Assembly (NCBI RefSeq): GCF_001194135.2
Contig: NC_068999.1
Span: 10,260,323-10,323,227 of the forward strand
DNA from: Octopus bimaculoides
Taxonomy: Eukaryota
Length of the DNA stretch: 62,905 nucleotides
Reading direction: 5' to 3'
In this document: piece after piece, positions 52,001 through 62,905 of the stretch
Position numbering within the stretch: position 1 is the stretch's first letter
Layout: each line of letters opens with the position of its first letter
Translations under genes and position numbers: made by a program
The notes under the pieces: generated by a model
Told to the model about the DNA's origin: nothing
Databases searched by the model: none
Seen by the model: only the letters and a program-made list of their open reading frames with translations

Positions 52001-53040
52001 TAAAAAAATTTAAACTATTTTCACAGTTTATGATATTGAGTTCGTACATTTGTTATTCAAACTATTTTTTTTCTCTCATGTTTATATTGTATTATATCAA
52101 ATTGTAAAACCAACCTTGTAACACATCTCACATTGATTTTTTTCCCTGTTTTTAGTAAATGTTTTAAATAAGTTGAAATTTGATGGATTTTTATTTTACT
52201 TTCTCAATGTGTTTTGTTCTTCGTTCTTTGTTAGTAAACAATTTGTTATTTAAAATTTTGCTTATTTCATGCTAAGATAAACTATAGCATATGCATTTTG
52301 GTGCAGGTGTGAAATATTAAGAGTGAGAAAGAGAGATGTGATGTTAGCTTCTCTCAGATTACTCCGGTCTAAGACGACTATGCAAGGCATAATAATACTT
52401 ATGCACACACACGCACACACACATACACACACACACACATACACTAATCATAAGACACATATACATACCATAGACATTTCAAACATAACAATTTTTTAAT
52501 TATATAAAAGACAAAATTACTACAAAATGGTTAAAACTTTAATTTATTATCATTATTATTATCATTATTATTATAGAAAGCGCGTGTTACTTTACTTTGA
52601 TGTTTCTGCGTTAAGGAAATAAGACTAAAAATCCCAGGGTTGTTGAGTACTCTACAATTACTAGAATAATTACCTCCTCTCCCAATTTTATCGTTGTGTA
52701 TATTGGCTCTGCTACTTAGGACAGACAAGGTTTCCTGTACTTAAAACAAAACAATATCCAAAAGCGCGAACTACTAGTGATTCTCATTAACATCCATTTT
52801 GATTACCTTCACTATGTTGGAGAATACAAAACTGATTCTATTATTTTAGAATGTATATATAGAATAATGTAAGACAACAACTATCGGTATATATATTTTT
52901 TTAAAAATGGAACTCATAAAGTTATATATGAATATTTATAGTAACTTTTAATGTATTCATTTCTAAAATAATTCATTGTATTTTAGCATTAAAACAATGT
53001 AGATGAAGTATGTATGTATATATATATATATATATATATA

Positions 53041-53271
53041 TGGGGTGTCCCAAAAGGATGTGCTCATTCTTTGAATTCTCAGCCAGTACTCGTGCATTTT
53101 GTGTTCAAGTTGATGTTTATTGATATACATACAATCCTAAAAAGTTAAATTAAATTCAGGAAAATAAATTTTTGTAGAAACGATTATTTATTGTCATTTC
53201 GAAATAAATAAAACAACAATACATTAGTAATCGTCTGTCAAAGAGTGACTACATCTTTTTGAGACACCCTG
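53041..53271. mobile_element. Non-autonomous Tc1/mariner-type MITE, 231 bp
   Basis: Imperfect ~30-bp TIRs TGGGGTGTCCCAAAAGGATGTGCTCATTCTTT / AAAGAGTGACTACATCTTTTTGAGACACCCTG, flanked by TA on both sides; AT-rich non-coding interior. Confidence 0.8.
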
Positions 53272-53368
53272 TATATATATATATAATCTTCGTGAGTTAA
53301 ACTGCAAAAAATATAGTATTGATATTTATTTATACCTTAATGATTGATAATTAAGCAGCGTCGATTAG

Positions 53369-53409
<41 letters not shown>

Positions 53410-53881
53410 AGAGAGGAATTTGAAATTTTGGGTCATCTCATTCTAATTACTGATTGCAAAGTATTCAAAATTGAGTGAAACGTGACTAAAGATGCGTGTT
53501 CTAGAGGATAGGGTGTTTAGTGCACGGGTGCTAGGTTGCGTGTAGGACAAAGTGGCACATTGTCATCTTGAGCAAATCTATTCATTGTATGTTATTACAG
53601 AACATCCACCTGAAAAGAAGTAAATAGTGGCAGGTACACTGGAGTTGAGTTTGGGGCCCAGTGTTATGGTCATGTGCTCTCAGATAAATCGACTTATATT
53701 CAGTAAGGTCCAGTTCTTATCATCCACTAATACGGGGCAGATAATTAATGGTGTGTAAGCGAATATGCAATATATATATATAAGCATATATGGAAATATT
53801 TGCGTGGCACACACATTTTTATGTAAATATATGTACATACGTACATATATTCCTGTACTTCTATGTAAGCATGTATGCATG

Positions 53882-53912
<31 letters not shown>

Positions 53913-54110
53913 GAACGTACGTATGTATATATATATATATATACATACATATGTGTATATATATATTCATATGTATGCATATATATATTTATATGTATGC
54001 ATATACATGTGTATATATATATTCATATGTATGCATATACATGTGTGAGTATAAATATATGTGTATACATGTGTGAGTATATATATGTATATTCATATAT
54101 ATGCATATGC

Positions 54111-54145
<35 letters not shown>

Positions 54146-54176
54146 NNNNNNNNNNTATATATATGCATACATATAC

Positions 54177-54222
<46 letters not shown>

Positions 54223-54746
54223 ATACATGTGTGTGTGTGTATATACATATATGCACACATATAACAGAATAATAAAATAATAAGAAGTGCACTATCGCAA
54301 AAATTAAAATGCAACAATTATATATAACTGAAAGCATACAAACTATCTAATCAATTGCAAGTACAAAATATATTAGTATACCTCTGAGAAGAAGAGATTG
54401 AATGAGATGGACCCCATCCCCCTTAATATTGTTTTTCTGTCTAAATTTCCATGCCGGCATTGATTAGCAGAGAGCTTAAGACAATCAAGTAGACAGTATA
54501 TGCGGGGTTGGATATATATATTTTGAATATTCTCATGTATAACATATGAAAATTCATGTCGTAACCAATACACACATACACACAATGTAACTATACATTA
54601 TTCAGTGTACGTGCAGATATACGTTCATAGTATGTATATATTTCATGTATATTGTAGATTCTTAATTGCTTACGTGATTGTTTAAAATATATATATAAAT
54701 ATATATAAGGATATATATATATATATGATATATATATAAAAGTATG

Positions 54747-54808
<62 letters not shown>

Positions 54809-55084
54809 NNNNNNNNNNNNNNNNNNNNNNNNNNNNNNNNNNNNNNNNNNNNNNNNNNNNNNNNNNNNNNNNNNNNNNNNNNNNNNNNNNNNNNNNNNNN
54901 NNNNNNNNNNNNNNNNNNNNNNNNNNNNNNNNNNNNNNNNNNNNNNNNNNNNNNTATATATATGTGTGTGTATATGAATGTATGTATAAGGATATATAAG
55001 GATAGGGGACATGTATATATATAAGGATATATATAGATATATATAAGGATATATATATATATATGATATATATATAAAAGTATG

Positions 55085-55146
<62 letters not shown>

Positions 55147-55148
<2 letters not shown>

Positions 55149-55258
55149 ATACAAAGAATATATATGCATGTATACACACATACATGTACATACTTACATC
55201 TACATGTGTATATAGATGCATATCAGGGTACAGTACGTTAGAACAATGAACTACAGAC
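55147..55258. repeat. Dispersed repeat, copy 2 (truncated after CTACAGAC)
   Basis: 112 nt with 4 mismatches to 44-155. Confidence 0.8.
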
Positions 55259-57197
55259 CATATAGACATAAGAACATATTTTTGTGTATAAATACTTGAA
55301 ATATATTTGTATATACAAACACAAACAGACACACACACACATATGTATACATGCACAAATATTGAAATGTCATTTTAACAATACATATTCCATCTGAAAT
55401 CAAATGAGATTCTTATTATTATACACCTACAGTAGCTAACCCTCATCGGACCTCCCACCTCCAAAACTTCTAAAGTATAACATCCCGGTACCAGTCTAGC
55501 CGTTGTCTGCACAAGCCACGGATTACAGTGTACGTGTATACTGGCCACAATTTAGTACTGCCTGCTGTCCAGAGCCTTAACTAGTAGTGCTAGGGCAATT
55601 AAACAATAATGGCTTTGTACTGAGCCATTATTAAAACAATTTTTCTCTCATTTTTGATAATGCCTGTTTATTAACTTGATACCAGAAAACTATATGTATA
55701 TAAATAAGCACAAGCACGTCCGTGCGTGTGCTTAGATAGATAATTTATATATACGCTTTTTTTTATATAAATAAATTCATCTAGCATATGTATTTATGAT
55801 AAATACAACAAAATACGATCATATGATAAATACAGCAAAGTATCCGCCTGTTATCCAGCCGTTTATCCCTCCTAGCATATTTTTCAATAATGCATATATA
55901 TTATAAAATGATACTATTAATTTTATTTGGTAATTGGAAGAAATTTTAGAGCATCCTAGAAAATGCTTTGCATTAATTGATCAGGTAATTTGCCTAACAG
56001 GTACAAATCCTACAGGAACATCTTCACCTTTCGTCTTTTCATATTCGATAAACTACGGAACCAGAAAAGTACTAAGTTAAGTAATATTAACTAAACTCAT
56101 CTCATCTAAATTGGTAGCATTGTGTCAAAATGAAGAAAACCAGTGAAATAGCTGCACTGGCAAATGGCTTGGTAAAATTTGAATTAAATATCCGCCGAGG
56201 TAATTTCCGGATGAGAGAACTAAGTTACCAGATGTGTACTGTTGTACTTGGTATAAATTAACAGCTCCTCTGGTCTTGTGACTGAATACGGAAATTCTTA
56301 TATATGAATATTTGATAACTTAAAGTGTATGATTATATACATGTATACATATGTAAAAATAAATTGTTTTATATGTACGGTATATTTATAGTAAATACAT
56401 GTGTGCGTGTGATTTCTTCAAAATATGATAGATATAGAATTTACACAGGAATAACATAACATTTATATAGCATTTATAAAAACAATATATAGGTAGAATA
56501 TAAATTGTATATCTATATTTTTGTGATGTATAGATGTAGGTATAGACATATATATTCATGCATACAAAATGATATATGTATTTCATGTACAATATAGGAA
56601 CACAGATCACAGAATATTTATAATAAACATAAAATTAAAATAACATGCATAGGAATCTTATGACTTCAAATTCGAAGACATTTCGGATATATTAGGAAAA
56701 TATTAGAATGATATATATTCGTATTTTGTATACAAACACACACCATAAATAAATATTTGCATGTTGCATAACTTACACATATAAACATATGTATGATATA
56801 CAAATACAAACAGTTATACATACATATGGATACACCATTTCACGGACATATAAAAAATATATTAAGGATTACAGTTAACAAGGTCATACACTCTTTCAAT
56901 ATATATATATATATATATANNNNNNNNNNNNNNNNNNNNNNNNNNNNNNNNNNNTATATAATATTTTATAAATCATAAATGTATAAAAAATATATTGCTT
57001 ATATCATATTATTTTTCTAATATAAATACCATATTATGCTTCTTTCGTACATAAGTTGTGTATATAATGTATATAGCATACATAAAATAAATACCTGTAA
57101 AATATCATATGGAATAGTACACGTTATATAGAATAAGTATTTTACACAAAAGTGAATTTAGAAATATATTATACGTTTTGTCAAATGTGTGTGTATA

Positions 57198-57245
<48 letters not shown>

Positions 57246-57611
57246 TATCACAGACACGCACAGACATATATAGACATGCAAATACTACATATCTACATTC
57301 ATGCATGAATACATGTAGTAAATATTTTTAATGCATATAATACAAATAAATTTAGTAGCTGTTGTTTGGTAAATGATAAGCTCTCACAATTTCACAATTT
57401 ATATTCGTATCCCTCTAATACATTGCATAAATATTAGCCCATCAATTTGCAGAATATTAGTGTTAATTACATGGAATAAATCTGATTTAAATTGGAGGAA
57501 TTTATTGACACGAGCTGGTATCAAATTATATTGGATTTGAATGAGATTTAGAAACAAAATGTTGTGTGTATTCGAAATTAATATTTCTATTAATAGAAAT
57601 ATTATTTATGC

Positions 57612-57662
<51 letters not shown>

Positions 57663-58063
57663 ACATACACATTTATATGAATATATATCTGAGCATTGTA
57701 TATAAATATGTGTATTAGCATTGTATATAAATATAAACAATGTACTTAGATATATTTATTTGTATATTATCTATCTATCTATATATACATATATATATAT
57801 ATATATGTGTGTGTTTGTGTGTGTGTTTGTGTGTATCCACAAACATTGCATTTATTCTTATAATACTTTATGTGTATATTATATACATATATATAATCTC
57901 AGACACACACATACATACACCTATATACACGCACACATTACCAGTTCATTTGCATATGCCATGACAGCAAGAATCATACAAGCTAAATTTTACACACGCA
58001 ACATAGACATGTATATTCGCATATTTTTTGTGTGCATATACATACGTGGTTGTGATTATATAG

Positions 58064-58527
58064 TATTTTATTCTTTTATTTTTTTCAAACATTTGACTGC
58101 GGCCATGATGGAGCACTAATTTCAGTGGAGCAAATCGACCTCGGACTTATACTTTGTAAGCCTGGTACTTATTCCATGAGTCTCTTTTGCCGAACCGCTA
58201 ACTTACGGGGGCGTAAACACACCAACATCGGTTGTCAAGCGCGGGGGTGGCAAACACAGACGCACATACAGACACACACGCATATACAAACACGCGCGCG
58301 CACGCACATACGCACGCACGCACACACACACAAACACACACACACACACACACACACGCACGCATATATATATATGTACAACCGGCTTCTTTCAGTTTCC
58401 ATCTACCAAATCCAACCACAACGTTGTGGAGAATACACCTGCTTAAGGTACTACCATGCAGTGAGATTGAACCCGGAATCATGTGGTTGGAAATCAAGCT
58501 TCTTACCACACAGGTACGACGGCGCCT
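58064..58527 (-). mobile_element. SINE family A, near full length
   Basis: Tail CATTTGACTGCGGCCATGATGGAGCAC, 3' half, CA tract, head TTCTTACCACACAG...GGCGCCT. Confidence 0.85.
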
Positions 58528-58613
58528 GTACATAAATGAATTGAATCGAATTGAACCAGTTCCAGCTCACATTCTAAGGTCATAATGTGACACACACACA
58601 CACACACACATAT

Positions 58614-58801
58614 AGGTGAAAGTGTGGTTGTGTGGTGAGAAGCTGGAATCCCAATAACATGGTTTCAGATTCAGTCCCACGGCGTGGCACTCTCGGTAAG
58701 TGTCTCCTACTATAGACTCGAACCGACGAAAGCCTTGTGAGTGGATTTGGTAGATGGACAATGAAAGAAGCCCCTCGTGTATATAAATATACATACACAC
58801 A

Positions 58802-58851
<50 letters not shown>

Positions 58852-59019
58852 CACGTCAATATTTAAATAAACGCTCGTATATGGTACACACACAGACACA
58901 CACACACACACACATGTATATATAAAATAGATGAGTACATAAATAAATACATGCATACGTATTTAGGTCTCTGTGTATGTATGTATGTATGTAAGTATGT
59001 ATGTAAATATTCTATATTA

Positions 59020-59050
<31 letters not shown>

Positions 59051-59321
59051 GTGTGCAAACTAGATACATAGATATATGTATATATTAATGTCTGTGTCTT
59101 TGCGTCTGCTTGTCCTCCCCACCACTGCTTCACAACCGATGTTGGTGTGTTCACGTCCCCGTAACTCAGCCGGTTCTTTCCAATTAGACCAATAGAACAA
59201 GAACTATGCATACAAACAATAAGTCCAGCAGTCGCTTTCTTCAACTAAAAAATTACATTTTTAAGGCGTCGCTCCAACATGGCCACAGTCAAATAACTGA
59301 AGCAAGAAAAATAATAAGAGT
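58614..59321 (+). mobile_element. SINE family A with greatly expanded internal microsatellite region
   Basis: Head/core at 58614-58785, about 300 bp of CA/TA/TG-rich sequence, 3' half at 59090-59321. Confidence 0.7.
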
Positions 59322-59339
59322 ACCCTCCTTAACCTTATA

Positions 59340-59379
<40 letters not shown>

Positions 59380-59571
59380 TCCTCTTTCCCATACATATAT
59401 ATATTGTATATACACTTATATATACATTTATGTAAATGCGTGTATTTTATATCTCATTAAGCATACATGCTATATACAAATACAAATTAATATACTATAG
59501 AAAGAATTCGTGATAACTTATGCACTTAAATATGGTTTGCAACTATATATATTTATGTGTATGTACACGTT

Positions 59572-59581
59572 ATATCTATCC

Positions 59582-59614
<33 letters not shown>

Positions 59615-59615
59615 G

Positions 59616-59712
<97 letters not shown>

Positions 59713-59760
59713 CACTCACATACACACACATATATACACACATACATGTATTCACACATG
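59572..59760. repeat. (TCTA)n(TA)n(CA)n compound microsatellite
   Basis: Directly visible. Confidence 0.9.
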
Positions 59761-60232
59761 TATATACACACATTACTGATCATTTCTACGAATTTCGCCA
59801 GGCGACTACGTTGTATATTTTAGGATATAACTGCGTCTCCTCAACTTGAAGTGACCAATACCTTGTTAATGTACAGTGAATATTATTCACATATCTCTGC
59901 CTATGATCTCTCTCCATATGTCTTGTCAGTTTAGAAGTAGGCTTGGAAAAGTACTAAAATGAGTTATGTACCCGTATTTACATGTTTGTCTTCAAATCAT
60001 TATAACAATGCGTAGTAACGCCTCCTTAAAAATATTGAGACTTGTACATCTAAGACCTTATGATATATATATCATACGATATATACACAATTAATAATAT
60101 AGTTACTGCACATACTTCATGCATATTTATGCATGCTATCTTAATATATATGAAATACAATAATAGATATATCTATTAGTTACACAGTTCTACACACAAG
60201 CACACAATTAATAATAAATATATTTATATCAC

Positions 60233-60268
<36 letters not shown>

Positions 60269-60653
60269 TGCTCTCTCTTAGATATATATATACGTTTCAG
60301 CCCTAAGGCTGTGTCCAAATGAAAATGGAATAAGAAATTGTGTTATGGGATTCATTATCTTACAGTTGTTTCTGCTTTACCATGCAATGCACGCACTATA
60401 TGAGAGCTTGTATTTTCCCTATAGCTTCATCGGAGCTTCAATACACACACAAACACACACCTAGCATCTTGGTGTATTTATACCCCCTGAACAAAGCCGT
60501 TGAGCAAAAGTATCTGATGAAATATGTACTTGATTTAATATGAAGCTCTGTTGGTCTTGATTGTTTTCGATTTAACCCTCCAAGTCGGTGCTACATCATA
60601 TCGACACTCGTATGACTGCTACAAATAAGAGCTAAACTATATACATATGTATT

Positions 60654-60845
60654 TCATTCTTTGATTCTTTTACTTGTCATTTGACTGCGGCCATATTGGA
60701 GCACCGCCTTGAATGTTTTTAGTCGAAGAAAGCGACCCCCAGAGCTTTATGAACGTAGTAATTATTCTATCGGTCTCCTTTGTTAAACCGCTACGTTACG
60801 GGCATAAACACATTAGCATCGGTTGACAAGTGATGGCGATGGGCA
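60654..60845 (-). mobile_element. SINE family A 3' half (ends at the internal CA tract)
   Basis: TTCTTTTACTTGTCATTTGACTGCGGCCATATTGGAGCACCGCC...GCATCGGTTGACAAG. Confidence 0.8.
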
Positions 60846-61547
60846 CACACACACACACAAAATAATAATTTATAAACAAACCAGTTAATTTCTTCATATA
60901 GAAATGCTGCTGCAAATCGCAGAATATATATATATATATATATATANNNNNNNNNNNNNNNNNNNNNNNNNNNNNNNNNNNNNNNNNNNNNNNNNNNNNN
61001 NNNNNNNNNNNNNNNNNNNNNNNNNNNNNNNNNNNNNNNNNNNNNNNNNNNNNNNNNNNNNNNNNNNNNNNNNNNNNNNNNNNNNNNNNNNNNNNNNNNN
61101 NNNNNNNNNNNNNNNNNNNNNNNNNNNNNNNNNNNNNNNNNNNNNNNNNNNNNNNNNNNNNNNNNNNNNNNNNNNNNNNNNNNNNNNNNNNNNNNNNNNN
61201 NNNNNNNNNNNNNNNNNNNNNNNNNNNNNNNNNNNNNNNNNNNNNNNNNNNNNNNNNNNNNNNNNNNNNNNNNNNNNNNNNNNNNNNNNNNNNNNNNNNN
61301 NNNNNNNNNNNNNNNNNNNNNNNNNNNNNNNNNNNNNNNNNNNNNNNNNNNNNNNNNNNNNNNNNNNNNNNNNNNNNNNNNNNNNNNNNNNNNNNNNNNN
61401 NNNNNNNNNNNNNNNNNNNNNNNNNNNNNNNNNNNNNNNNNNNNNNNNNNNNNNNNNNNNNNNNNNNNNNNNNNNNNNNNNNNNNNNNNNNNNNNNNNNN
61501 NNNNNNNNNNNNNNNNNNNNNNNNNNNNNNNNNNNNNNNNNNNNNNN

Positions 61548-61612
<65 letters not shown>

Positions 61613-61976
61613 TATTAATTCTCTATACATGAGTACATAAAACGTATGTGCTTATATTAGTTGCGTAAATTTGCGTATATTCGCGAGTATACATATTTGC
61701 GTAGTTCAATGTATGATTCATACAAAATGAAATAAACTAGAGTAGTTTTTCTCTTTTATACACGATACTTACACATAATGTTTTATATATGTCACATAAA
61801 ATAGTAATACGTGTTTTATACTAAACACGTCTTCTCAGTATCCGAAAGCAAATATTGGTATCTTCTGATTCCTTCACATACTCCTAGCAATCATATGTCC
61901 TACAGTGACGCACTCACACGCAATGCACCACACAGGTATATATATTCAAAGATATGTGCATATGTGTTCGTGTGTG

Positions 61977-62208
61977 TTATTTCTTTACTACCCACAAGGG
62001 GCTACACGCAGAGGGGACAAACAAGGACAGACAAACGGATTTAGTCGATTATATCGACCCCAGTGCATAACTGGTACTTATTTAATCGACCCCGAAAGGA
62101 TGAAAGGTAAAGTCGACCTCGGCGGAATTTGAACTCAGAACGTAGACAGACGATATAATGCAAAGCATTTCGCCTGGCGGGCTAACGTTTCTGCCAGCTC
62201 GCCGCCTT
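61977..62208 (-). mobile_element. SINE family C, full length, well preserved
   Basis: On - strand: AAGGCGGCGAGCTGGCAGAAACGTTAGC...GAGTTCAAATTCCGCCGAGGTCGACTTTACCTTTCATCCTTTCGGGGTCGATTAAATAAGTACCAGTT...CCCCTTGTGGGTAGTAAAGAAATAA. Confidence 0.9.
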
Positions 62209-62500
62209 GTGTGTGTGTGTGTTTGTTTGCGCGTGTGCCCAATAGTTCGACTCAGCTTGACTTACTAAAAGTTTCGCTGCAAAGTAAGGCTCTGAAGCCG
62301 AACATCTGATGGGTTGGACGTGCTCTATACGTCTACGAACCTTGAAGTCATGTTGAGTTCCGCCTAATACCTATTGAATACATTTAAATCCAACCATACG
62401 AATTGAGTGCGACTTTCATTCATTTGCTCTCTCACATGGTTGTGTATGTGTGTATATATATGTATGTAAGTATATATATATGTGTATATATGTATGTAAG

Positions 62501-62540
<40 letters not shown>

Positions 62541-62905
62541 CAGAGAGGGAGAGAGAAAGAGAGAGAGTCCATTATATACATATATGTCATGTGGTCTGTG
62601 TGTTTGTACATCTGTAAATGCATAAATTTTGTATCCAACTCTGTGACTGGTCATTTGTTTTATACTGGTCTTCGTTGACAATCGTGTACCAGGATTACCA
62701 AGGGGCAATATAAAAACTCCGAGGAATGGGGAAACATATCGGAACCAAATTCTGATGCATCGTTGTATATTCACACAAACACTCGTACTTGTCTGAGAAA
62801 TAAGGCAATGTTTACTACAACCATAAGTATTCTGCCCGTGTGTCTGTGTACATACATATATACATACATACATACATACAGGCTTGAACATGTATGTGTG
62901 TATAT

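Overview
Eukaryotic (animal) genomic DNA: AT-rich, dense in microsatellites, with 23 N-gaps totalling about 8.7 kb (~14%), most flanked by (TA)n/(CA)n. The repeat families, microsatellite load and gene sequence point to a coleoid cephalopod, most likely Octopus (inference). The only credible protein-coding gene is an intronless SoxB1 (Sox1/2/3/SoxNeuro-type HMG-box factor), ATG 31695 to TAG 32573 on +, with a motif-rich proximal promoter. The rest is a gene desert holding three tRNA-derived SINE families (my labels A, B, C), a decayed mariner, CR1-like and R4/Dong-like LINE scraps, a Tc1/mariner MITE and Penelope-like fragments. The most unusual signal is two families of minimal type-I hammerhead-ribozyme motifs with a palindromic AACGUU stem III. 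One has a canonical CUGAUGA core (18031-18075, -). The other has a CUGUGGA (A6U) core in both of its copies (14715-14750, -; 18636-18672, +). Intact SINEs crowd 1-25 kb and 58-62 kb but are absent from about 30-58 kb around and downstream of SoxB1, which suggests a constrained regulatory domain. Nearly all other ORFs in the supplied track are microsatellite or N-gap artefacts. I found no CRISPR array, rRNA or genuine tRNA gene, and no multi-gene novel system that I can support.
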